This document shows positions 56,762 through 64,000 of a DNA stretch of 64,000 nucleotides, in pieces. This stretch comes from an uncultured Clostridia bacterium (GTDB lineage: Bacteria > Bacillota > Clostridia > Oscillospirales > Acutalibacteraceae), in assembly GCA_944383495.1 (NCBI GenBank), contig CALWPT010000027.1:11629-75628 (forward strand), written 5' to 3'. The first letter of the stretch is position 1, and every line of letters starts with the position of its first letter. A program made the position numbers and the translations under genes. The notes beneath the pieces were generated by a model. That model did not search any database and was not told the DNA's origin. It saw only the letters and a program-made list of their open reading frames with translations.

Positions 56762-56956
56762 CTACAGCCCGAATACGGACTTTATGGTATTAAATAAAAT
56801 GCTGATCTGCTGCACCAGCATCATAAGCACCACAATGATTCCAGCCAATGTCGTCATCATTGCCTGTTCTTCCCGGCCCGATCGGATCAGCACCTGATTG
56901 AGTACCGCGACAATGATTCCCACGGCGGCAATACGAAAAATCAAATCCACATCCAT
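56762..56956 (-). CDS. spoIIIAC: stage III sporulation protein AC
   Basis: 64-aa two-helix protein (..IFRIAAVGIIVAVLNQVLIRSGREEQAMM..). Confidence 0.85.
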   Translation of the reverse strand: MDVDLIFRIAAVGIIVAVLNQVLIRSGREEQAMMTTLAGIIVVLMMLVQQISILFNTIKSVFGL

Positions 56957-56979
56957 ATTCGTTTTCTATCCTTTCCGGT

Positions 56980-57474
56980 TCATAAAAGCAGAATCACACA
57001 CATTGCCGCTCCCAGGCCGCCCAGTGAGTAGTACAGCTTTCCCTTTTCCTTTACCATTTCCGCCGTTTTATCATACTGCTCCCGCAGCAGGGTCTCATAC
57101 AATTCACAGTGGGCGGTCTGGCCCTCCACATCAGTGCGGCCCAGGCCTGCAAAAAACTCCTGAGCCAAGGGCAGATCGTCAGGATACAGGCAGCCTGATA
57201 GCCGGTTGATGATGACCTCCGCCGCGTTTTCCTCCTCATTAGGCGCAGGACGCAAAAAGGATAGGCATTCCAGATCCTCTCCACCGGCCGCTTGCCGAAT
57301 CAGGTCAGCCACAGGCAGGGCCTGGTAGCGGATCATAGCCTTCATACGGGAAACCATTTTAAGAAGCGCGTTCAACTGTCGCCGCCGGGTTTTCAGCCGC
57401 CGCATCAAGGCAAAGCTGGCCAGCACTGGCGTCAGGGCAATCAGCGCGATTCCTGCGAATCTGATCATACACAT
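56980..57474 (-). CDS. spoIIIAB: stage III sporulation protein AB
   Basis: N-terminal TM, followed by ..RRRQLNALLKMVSRMKAMIRYQALPV.. as in SpoIIIAB. Confidence 0.8.
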   Translation of the reverse strand: MCMIRFAGIALIALTPVLASFALMRRLKTRRRQLNALLKMVSRMKAMIRYQALPVADLIRQAAGGEDLECLSFLRPAPNEEENAAEVIINRLSGCLYPDDLPLAQEFFAGLGRTDVEGQTAHCELYETLLREQYDKTAEMVKEKGKLYYSLGGLGAAMCVILLL

Positions 57475-58417
57475 CCTCCCTTGTCAAAACCCGCTCCACT
57501 TTACAGGGCAGCTGTCCGCCGGAAAGCAACACGAAATGGTGAAACGCGCCGCATTCCAGAATCGGCCCAATTAATTTTCGCCGTGCCAGCTCATGCAGGC
57601 TTCCGCTGTGCAGGGATGAAATGACCGTAACGCCCGCGTTGAGACTTTCTTCCACGCTTTCCAGCTCTTCCATGGATCCGATTTCGTCAAACAACACCAC
57701 ATCGGGAGATAAGGTTCTGAGGGCCATGCGGATCCCCACGGACTTTGGAAAGCTGTCCAGGCAGTCGCAGGCGTAGCCCAGGTCGTTTTGCGGCTGGCCA
57801 TGGTGAGCGGCTCCCAACTCTCCTCGCTCATCCACGACCGTTACCTTCAACGGAACCTCAAAAGCGCCTGTGGACATTTGCCGGGCTAAATCCCGAAGCA
57901 TAGTGGTTTTGCCGCTTCCCGGCGGCCCTACCACCAGCATCCCTTTAAACTTCCTTCTCAGCACCTGAACCAGCGGATCGGCACAGCCGTTGATCTGCCG
58001 GGCAATCCGAAGATTAATAGAGGAAATATCCCGTATGCCGGTAATTCTGCCGTTCTGTAAAACCGCCCGGCCACAGATTCCCGCCCGGTTGCCGCCCCGC
58101 ATAGTGACAAATCCTTGGGCCAGTTCCTCGGTATGGGAATGAACGCTGTTATCGCAGATATAGTGAAAGCATTGGGCGATATCGCTGGCGCTGACAGTCA
58201 CCAACCCCGCCCTGCACAAATGACTGACGCCGCCTGCCGCCGTGACGAACACCGGGTAACCGCCTACCGTCAGCATAAGAGGTTGTCCGGCCCGCAGGCG
58301 AATCTCGTGGCAATCCTCTTTCACCTGAACCGGCAGCCGCGCCAGTAGGGATCCTAAAGACTTGGGCAGGCAAAAAAGCGCGTTTTCAAAGCTTTTTGCG
58401 TTCTTTCCCTTTTCCAT
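57359..58417 (-). CDS. spoIIIAA: stage III sporulation protein AA (AAA+ ATPase)
   Basis: EIRLRAGQPLML, Walker A GPPGSGKTTMLRDLAR, Walker B VLFDEIG. I chose the start at ATG 58417 (AAAGGA RBS). The 3' end overlaps spoIIIAB by 116 nt. Confidence 0.85.
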   Translation of the reverse strand: MEKGKNAKSFENALFCLPKSLGSLLARLPVQVKEDCHEIRLRAGQPLMLTVGGYPVFVTAAGGVSHLCRAGLVTVSASDIAQCFHYICDNSVHSHTEELAQGFVTMRGGNRAGICGRAVLQNGRITGIRDISSINLRIARQINGCADPLVQVLRRKFKGMLVVGPPGSGKTTMLRDLARQMSTGAFEVPLKVTVVDERGELGAAHHGQPQNDLGYACDCLDSFPKSVGIRMALRTLSPDVVLFDEIGSMEELESVEESLNAGVTVISSLHSGSLHELARRKLIGPILECGAFHHFVLLSGGQLPCKVERVLTREDVYDQIRRNRADCPDASAGQLCLDAAAENPAATVERAS

Positions 58418-58453
58418 TTTTCTCATCCTTTCCGCTTGTCCTTTCTCTATCAA

Positions 58454-58482
58454 ACAATATGGTCAATCCCACGAGAATAGAA
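58454..58482 (-). promoter_or_regulatory. candidate sigma-E-type promoter of spoIIIA
   Basis: On the minus strand: TTCTATT, 14-nt spacer, CATATTGT. This resembles my recollection of the Bacillus sigma-E consensus (ATA-rich -35, CATACA-T -10). It is a weak match. Confidence 0.3.
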
Positions 58483-58539
58483 CCGGAAATCTTTCTCTTT
58501 TTCATATCCGCAAAAATAGGTGCTTTTTCAAAAAAGGTG

Positions 58540-58548
58540 TGTTATAAT
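58540..58548 (+). promoter_or_regulatory. extended -10 element upstream of the exonuclease gene
   Basis: TGtTATAAT at 58540-58548. The -35 is poor. Confidence 0.4.
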
Positions 58549-58596
58549 GAACAAAAAGATCTTTATAGACTGTCCCTATAAGGTGTGACGCTTCTC

Positions 58597-59496
58597 ATGC
58601 AGTTTGTTTGCTTGGATTTGGAATGGAATACTGGGGTTATCCCCCAAACCGGAAAACATATTAATGAAATTATAGAAATCGGCGCGGTTAGGCTGGACAA
58701 GGCCCTCCGGGAAACGGATCGCTTTCAGTGCTTTGTGCGGTCGGTTTTGACCAAGGAGTTAAACGGCCTTGTCCGCAAACTGACCAATATTACCAACGAA
58801 CAAATGCTGTCCGGCAAAAGCTTTGAAAAGGCGCTGGGGGAATTTCATGATTGGCTGCCGGATGACTGTGTTGTTTTGACTTGGAGCAACACGGATTTGT
58901 ATACGCTGGCCGATAACTGCTATTCCTTTTTAGGCGGCGTCAGTCTCCCCCGTCTGCACTGGTATGTGGATTTACAGCGATATGCGGGTGATTTTCTCCA
59001 GGTGGAAAAAGGGCGGCAGATTTCCCTGAGCGATGCGGCGATCATGCTGGGAATTGACGTGGAAGCCCTTCCTCTTCATCGGGCTGACGAAGACAGTCGT
59101 CTCTGTGCGGAGCTTCTGCGCAGAACCTACGATGAAACCGCTTTTCAGCCGTATATTCAGAATGCCGCGGATCCTGAATTTTTCCGGCGGCTGACCTTTC
59201 GGCCGGTCATGCTGACCGATCCCGGGGATCCCGAAATAGATCAGCGGCTGTTAGAAGTAAAATGCCCCAGCTGCGACCGAAAGACTGCGCGCCAAGGCCC
59301 TTGGGGATCTTATAACAAGGCGATTACCGGCGTATTCCAATGCCCCAGCTGCAAACGTAAATACAAATTAATTGCCAGGTTTAAAAAGCATTACGACGGC
59401 GTAACGGTAAAGCGTTCCGTTCGATTGGTTCCGGAGCCTGCCGGCGCGGATTCGGAAAAAACGCCATTTGCCCGGCATACATGCTCCCAAACATAA
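58597..59496 (+). CDS. DEDDh 3'-5' exonuclease (KapD/ERI-1-like) with C-terminal zinc-ribbon extension
   Basis: ExoI CLDLEWN, ExoII WSNTDLYTLADN, ExoIII HRADEDS. The C-terminal extension carries CPSC...22 aa...CPSC (nt 59263-59352). Confidence 0.75.
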   Translation: MQFVCLDLEWNTGVIPQTGKHINEIIEIGAVRLDKALRETDRFQCFVRSVLTKELNGLVRKLTNITNEQMLSGKSFEKALGEFHDWLPDDCVVLTWSNTDLYTLADNCYSFLGGVSLPRLHWYVDLQRYAGDFLQVEKGRQISLSDAAIMLGIDVEALPLHRADEDSRLCAELLRRTYDETAFQPYIQNAADPEFFRRLTFRPVMLTDPGDPEIDQRLLEVKCPSCDRKTARQGPWGSYNKAITGVFQCPSCKRKYKLIARFKKHYDGVTVKRSVRLVPEPAGADSEKTPFARHTCSQT

Positions 59497-59524
59497 AAAG
59501 CAGGGACAAAAGCCCCTGCTTTTT
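59497..59524 (+). terminator. terminator of the exonuclease gene
   Basis: AAAGCAGGG-loop-CCCTGCTTT, followed by TT, directly after the stop. Confidence 0.8.
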
Positions 59525-59737
59525 ATGTTTCATACGTTTTTTAAGTGAAACCACCGGCAATATAAATAGCTTTTTAAGGAGTACAAACGGACACGGAATG
59601 AAGCTGTATCCGTTCGTGCCTTACAGCGCATCAACAGCATTTGTTATTTCGTAAGTATACAAAGCTAGTTTCTGTGTCCTATGGCCTACAAGCAGGTCAA
59701 TCCTCCAGCAAAGACCTTTTACAGTCAGCAGTCCGCG

Positions 59738-60016
59738 CTATCTTCGATGCTGCATACCGGCTGCGCCGTCGCGGTCTTCGAAATAGCAATCCAGCGCCCG
59801 CTTTACACAAACGGGCAAAATTCCATAATTTTGGAATTTGCGGCAGATATTGTACATCTCTTCCCGGCTGTCTGATACATCGTGAATCTCATAGGTTTCT
59901 TCCGCACCGTTCACCCGGCACCAAATCCGCATGCCGTAGGAATCTCCACCGGATAATCCCTCCGACAAAAGCTTAGACCGCACCACGCTGTATTCCAGTT
60001 CAATGTCTGAAATCAT
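59738..60016 (-). CDS. hypothetical small protein
   Basis: 92-aa ORF from ATG 60016 (MISDIELEY..), with GGGGAGG upstream and its own promoter. No family that I can name. Confidence 0.45.
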   Translation of the reverse strand: MISDIELEYSVVRSKLLSEGLSGGDSYGMRIWCRVNGAEETYEIHDVSDSREEMYNICRKFQNYGILPVCVKRALDCYFEDRDGAAGMQHRR

Positions 60017-60057
60017 ACCTGTGATAAACCTCCCCTCGATCAGTGAAATACTTTCAC

Positions 60058-60086
60058 AGTTTACCAAGGCGACTGCGTTTTGTCAA
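60058..60086 (-). promoter_or_regulatory. promoter of the 59738-60016 gene
   Basis: On the minus strand: TTGACA (60086-60081), 17-nt spacer, TAAACT (60063-60058). Confidence 0.5.
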
Positions 60087-60141
60087 GGGGTTGTAACGTA
60101 ATTTTTTAGAAAATTTTTCCAAAATTGTGTGTTTTTAAATT

Positions 60142-60921
60142 TTAGCTACAAGATGTAGTATTTTTTAAAAATTCATAGGCGGACAATAGATCCTGCACAG
60201 TTTTAAAATCCTCTCGATAGACTTCTAAAATATAATCGCAGTTTAGCCCTTCTGTTTCCCGAAAAAACCTTGAAAAATCAAAAACGCCCCGGCCTGGTAA
60301 AAGACAGGTGTTTTCTAAAGTGTGATCGCTGAGATGAATATGGCACAAATGGTTTCCCATTGCCTTAAGAAAATCATAAGGCGTTTTTTTACAGCGAACC
60401 GACTGCTTTATATCCAAAACAAAACGTGCGTCGTCTCCCAAGGCGGAAGTCATGCGGGTAAAGAATTCCGGCGTATCACCGCAGCAATTGACCACGTTTT
60501 CCTGCGCGACCCAAATTCCGTATTCCCTACCGATTTCCGCTAAACGCGCATACCTTTCAAAATATTCCTGCTCCTCCATATGAAATGGGCGTCGATCTCC
60601 GTGAATCACAATCAGCTTAGCGTTCAGCTCCGCTGCCATACGGCAGTAGGAATGATAGAGAGGCAGGCTGTCCTCAAACCGCCGCAGGTATTTTGAAAAC
60701 AGCATGAACGGCTCTAATCCAGAACTGAAGGGGTGAATTGAGGAAACAGCAGTACCCGTTTGATCACATATGGATCGTAGCTTTTGGGTAAATTGCGGTG
60801 TGGTCTCCTGCGCCGCATTAACGAATATTTCGACAGTTTTCATCCCTGCTTGAGTCAATAGTGTCAAAGCGTTTTCCGTAAGCATAGGATAAAAACAGGC
60901 GGTTGAGATTCCCACTGCCAT
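60142..60921 (-). CDS. sugar phosphate isomerase/epimerase (xylose isomerase-like TIM barrel)
   Basis: 259 aa with family-typical ..KLIVIHG.., ..WVAQENV.. and ..HIHLSD.. metal-ligand contexts. Confidence 0.8.
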   Translation of the reverse strand: MAVGISTACFYPMLTENALTLLTQAGMKTVEIFVNAAQETTPQFTQKLRSICDQTGTAVSSIHPFSSGLEPFMLFSKYLRRFEDSLPLYHSYCRMAAELNAKLIVIHGDRRPFHMEEQEYFERYARLAEIGREYGIWVAQENVVNCCGDTPEFFTRMTSALGDDARFVLDIKQSVRCKKTPYDFLKAMGNHLCHIHLSDHTLENTCLLPGRGVFDFSRFFRETEGLNCDYILEVYREDFKTVQDLLSAYEFLKNTTSCS

Positions 60922-61017
60922 AATTCTCCTCCCCTTCCAGGCATTAACGCTTGTGCAAAAACGCCTTAAATGCTACACTTAAAGTAACGAATCACGCAAT
61001 AAAAAGGCGGAATACAT

Positions 61018-61275
61018 ATGAAACTGCATCTAAAGCAATTCATAAATTCTTTATCCACCGTTTCGGTGCGTATTCTCGCCATTGGCGGGATCCTTTGCTG
61101 CACGCTGTTTCTGGGAACAGCCGTGCTTAATTTCGGCGCATTCCTGTTTGCACAGCCATATTATATGATGGAAATCGCGCAAGCGCTGGGAAACATAGCA
61201 TCCCGGGCGCTAGTGCTAACCTTTATTGCCGCATTCCTTGCCGATCTGTTAAAGCAAAATTCAGATGATAAATAG
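61018..61275 (+). CDS. hypothetical small membrane protein
   Basis: 85 aa with two to three hydrophobic helices. AAAAGGCGGA RBS. Confidence 0.4.
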   Translation: MKLHLKQFINSLSTVSVRILAIGGILCCTLFLGTAVLNFGAFLFAQPYYMMEIAQALGNIASRALVLTFIAAFLADLLKQNSDDK

Positions 61276-61358
61276 TACTTGTTAAATTGTTTTGTTTATT
61301 ATATAATACCATCACCGCAAAGTAAAGCGGGAATCCGGAAGAAACGGGATGGTAAATT

Positions 61359-61655
61359 ATGATTCGGCATATTGTCATGTGGAAACTACTGGGCGACCAA
61401 TCAGAACGCCGCCGGAACGCCCTTTCTATGAAGGAAAAGCTGGAGGGGTTGATGGGCGTGATTCCCCAGCTGAAAAGCGCCAGGGTAAAGCTATGCTGCA
61501 ATCCCTCCCCGGATTGCTATGACGCTGTTTTCATTGCAGAGTTTGAAACCCTTGCAGATCTTGCAATCTATCAAGCGCATCCGGCGCATATGGAAATTTC
61601 CGCTTTTTGCAAGTCGGTACGAGAAAGCCGCGCGGCTCTCGATTATGAAATCTGA
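61359..61655 (+). CDS. Dabb (stress-responsive alpha/beta barrel) family protein
   Basis: MIRHIVMWKL ... YQAHPAHMEI is the typical Dabb layout, and the ~98-aa size fits. Confidence 0.8.
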   Translation: MIRHIVMWKLLGDQSERRRNALSMKEKLEGLMGVIPQLKSARVKLCCNPSPDCYDAVFIAEFETLADLAIYQAHPAHMEISAFCKSVRESRAALDYEI

Positions 61656-61660
61656 TCACA

Positions 61661-61700
61661 ACAGAAAACCCGGCAATTTTTAGACTGCCGGGTTTTCTGT
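61661..61700. terminator. bidirectional terminator between the Dabb gene and the helicase gene
   Basis: 15-bp stem ACAGAAAACCCGGCA / TGCCGGGTTTTCTGT with a 10-nt loop. The U-rich 3' arm is present on both strands. Confidence 0.75.
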
Positions 61701-61728
61701 TACCCTATGAAACGAATAAGCCAGCGCT

Positions 61729-64000
61729 TCATGTTAGGCTGTCATCATGACTCTGGCTCCAAAACGCCCGTAGACGGCATGCCAAATCTTCCGGCCCATT
61801 TATCACCCTGCAGTGCCGCCAGTGGTATGGAAAAAGCTCCCGGTAGGCCTTGGTGGTCAAACGGTCGTCGATCAGCAGAACAACTCCTCGGTCAGATTCC
61901 CCACGGATTACCCGGCCTGCCGCCTGTAAGACCTTGTTCATGCCGGGATACATATATGCAAACTGATACCCCTTCCCGTTTTGCCTTTGATAATACTCCC
62001 GCAAAAGATCCAACTCCCAGTTGATCTGGGGCAGTCCGACGCCGACAATCGCGGTGCCGATCAGCCTGTCCCCTTTTAAATCCACCCCCTCGGCAAACAT
62101 CCCACCAAGCACGCAAAAGCCCAGTAGGGTTTCATCGTTTTCTTGATCAAATGCGGTCAAAAATGCCTCCCGCTCCAATTCAGTCATTCCCCCGTGCTGC
62201 GTCAGGGTTTTAATAGCCGGACACTGGCTTTCAAAGGCCTTTTGCACCTGTTCCATGTACTGATAGGACGGAAAATATGCAATATAGTTGCCTTTTTTCC
62301 ATCGCACCAGCTCTTTCAGCAAAGCTGCCACCTGTGGCAGGCTCGTTTCCCGAACCCGGTAACGGGTACTGATCTGGTCGCAGGCCAGCAAGCAGAAATT
62401 CTCCTCTTTATATGGAGAGGGCAGCCGCAGCCGTCGGCAATCCTTTCCCCCGCCCAACACAGCGACATAAAATTCCAGGGGCGTCAAGGTCGCAGAAAAC
62501 AGCGCGGCTGCTCGCCCCGTCTTTAAGCCTTCGTCAATCAGTCGCCCCGGATCTAGGCAAAGCTGCCCAACGACGACCTCGTTTTTGCCCGCTTGCACCT
62601 GTGTCACGAAATCCTCGCCGTATAAATCAGCTATTAAAAGATAGCGGGCAGCGGCGAAAAATAGCTCCAACAGCGCTTCTGGAGTCGACTCATCCCGGTG
62701 GTTCTCCATCCATTCCTTGCAGGCCTCCACGAGTTCTTCCAGAGACGCATTCAGTGAATGAACCGGCCCAGCGCTGACCATGCAGCCCTTTTCTCCGCAC
62801 TCCTTCCGCAAAGCCAGCAGGCAGCTGTTAACCTTCTTTGCGCTTTTTTTAAGCGTTTGATCCCCGATTATCCGCATGACGTGCAAAACCTCCGACTTTC
62901 GGATCCGCGCGGAAAACATTTCCCGCGCCCGATCAGCCAAATTATGCGCCTCGTCAATTAAAAACACATATTCTCCCCGCTGTTTCTCTGAAAAAAAACG
63001 GCGCAGCCGTGTCTGCGGGTCGAACAAATAATTATAATCGCATACCACACAGTCGCACCAATTGCACAAATCAAGCGACAACTCATAAGGGCAGACCATA
63101 TGCGTCCGCGCGGCCGCTTCAATTTCCTCCCGGCCGAATTGGTCGCCTGACTGTAGCAGCCCGAACAATGCTTCGTTGATCCGGTCGTAATGCCCCTTGG
63201 CATAGGGGCACGCGTCAGGATTGCAGTCCCTTTGCTCCAAAAAGCAGATCTTGTCCTTTGCGGTCAGAAACATTGATTTGAGCCGCAGGCCTTTTCCCGC
63301 CATAATTGACAGCGCATCTCCCGCTGCCTGTCGGGTCACGGTTTTCGCCGTCAGGTAAAATATTTTTTCCGCCAGACCCTCCCCCACCGCTTTGACCGAG
63401 GGAAACAACGTGGAAATGGTTTTTCCAATCCCCGTCGGCGCCTGGCAAAAAATCCGATCTTTATCCCGTACCGCCCGGTACACGGCCGCCGCCAGCTCTC
63501 GTTGCCCCGGCCGGTAAAAAGAAAATGGGAACGATAGTTGGCCGGCCGAACGATTTCGCTGTGCTTCCCAAGCCTCTTTCCAATCGCTCCAAGCCTTGTA
63601 TTGCATCAGCAGCGATTCATAGAATTCTGACAGTTCCTCTCTGCTGAAACGGCGGCGGTACCGGCAAATCTGTTGGGTGGGAACATAAAAATAAGTCAGC
63701 TGAACCACCATCTCCGGCAGGTTATTTTGCTCTAAGTAAAAATGCGCGTAGCACTGAGCCTGCGCCCAGAATACGGCGTTTGAAGCCTCTGTGATCCGAT
63801 CCAAGGGCATATAGGTGGTTTTGATCTCGTCCACCACCGGCCCGGTTGGTTCGCTGATAATCCCGTCCGCTCGGCCCTCCACGGTAAAAACCACGCCGTC
63901 CAGCGCATGGCGAAACACAAATGGGACTTCGGCCTTATACTCCGGGCCAGCCGCCTTTTGCAGACGCCGGTGGATCCGCGCCCCCTCTTGCGCACGTTCC
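61729..64000 (-). CDS. PD-(D/E)XK nuclease domain fused to an XPD/DinG-type Fe-S DNA helicase; 5' end outside the window
   Basis: The frame stays open to nt 64000 (..ERAQEGARIHRRLQKAAGPEYKAEVPFVFRH..). Nuclease motifs: EGRADGI, VDEIKT, and QAQCYAHFY. Helicase motifs: Walker A QAPTGIGKT, DEAH box LIDEAHNL, a four-Cys region (C..DCNPDACPY...VCPY..C..C..C), and C-terminal RVIRGESDRG. Confidence 0.8.
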   Translation of the reverse strand, partial: ERAQEGARIHRRLQKAAGPEYKAEVPFVFRHALDGVVFTVEGRADGIISEPTGPVVDEIKTTYMPLDRITEASNAVFWAQAQCYAHFYLEQNNLPEMVVQLTYFYVPTQQICRYRRRFSREELSEFYESLLMQYKAWSDWKEAWEAQRNRSAGQLSFPFSFYRPGQRELAAAVYRAVRDKDRIFCQAPTGIGKTISTLFPSVKAVGEGLAEKIFYLTAKTVTRQAAGDALSIMAGKGLRLKSMFLTAKDKICFLEQRDCNPDACPYAKGHYDRINEALFGLLQSGDQFGREEIEAAARTHMVCPYELSLDLCNWCDCVVCDYNYLFDPQTRLRRFFSEKQRGEYVFLIDEAHNLADRAREMFSARIRKSEVLHVMRIIGDQTLKKSAKKVNSCLLALRKECGEKGCMVSAGPVHSLNASLEELVEACKEWMENHRDESTPEALLELFFAAARYLLIADLYGEDFVTQVQAGKNEVVVGQLCLDPGRLIDEGLKTGRAAALFSATLTPLEFYVAVLGGGKDCRRLRLPSPYKEENFCLLACDQISTRYRVRETSLPQVAALLKELVRWKKGNYIAYFPSYQYMEQVQKAFESQCPAIKTLTQHGGMTELEREAFLTAFDQENDETLLGFCVLGGMFAEGVDLKGDRLIGTAIVGVGLPQINWELDLLREYYQRQNGKGYQFAYMYPGMNKVLQAAGRVIRGESDRGVVLLIDDRLTTKAYRELFPYHWRHCRVINGPEDLACRLRAFWSQSHDDSLT

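Noticed and set aside
1-64000. Search for CRISPR arrays, tRNA/rRNA genes, tandem or dispersed long repeats, and intact IS elements or prophage genes
   Set aside because: I found no regularly spaced repeats, no cloverleaf-like or rRNA-like segments in intergenic gaps, and no intact transposase or integrase. The only mobile-element trace is the recombinase tail at 6736-6990. This was a by-eye scan only, so short or degenerate elements could be missed.

Overview
GC-rich chromosomal segment from an endospore-forming Firmicute. A Clostridia, Oscillospiraceae/Ruminococcaceae-like origin is my inference from gene content and synteny only. I call about 66 protein-coding genes or pseudogenes. I saw no rRNA, tRNA or CRISPR array on either strand. 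Two long minus-strand housekeeping blocks dominate. Block 1 (9.5-23.0 kb) is yicC-remA-gmk-rpoZ-priA-def-fmt-(Zn peptidase)-rsmB-rlmN-stp-prkC-rsgA-thiN. Block 2 (39.4-58.4 kb) is spoIIIAA-AH, asp23, nusB, a tsaD-like gene, xseA/xseB, ispA, a PAP2-like gene, dxs, tlyA, nadK, argR, recN, tyrS, a large membrane protein and a frameshifted sanA-like gene. Between them lie an ABC-2 exporter, an AI-2E transporter, an ECF-S-like/DUF1893 fusion, csp, ptsH, parE-parC, an amidase, and an FHA-RodA/PBP pair. The left end carries a lipid-related cluster (patatin, DegV, SDR) and a MacB-type ABC exporter. The right end carries a DEDDh exonuclease, small orphan genes, and a PD-(D/E)XK-nuclease/XPD-type helicase that runs off the window. 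I did not find a convincing new multi-gene system: there is no defence-island signature, toxin-antitoxin pair or repeat array. The most unusual region is an AT-rich ~2.8 kb islet at 6.7-9.5 kb. It holds the scar of a large serine recombinase, an intact translationally coupled MarR-DUF1848 operon (C-terminal radical-SAM-like CX3CX2C motif), and a multiply disrupted fpg. Other items worth a second look are an orphan perfect hairpin terminator in a 600-nt gene-free gap (23.1-23.4 kb), the ECF-S/DUF1893 fusion, the FHA-SEDS fusion, a terminator-like hairpin in the parE leader, tyrS without a T-box leader, and the nuclease-helicase fusion. All family assignments come from reading motifs in the supplied translations, with no database search. 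Promoter and terminator calls are by eye.
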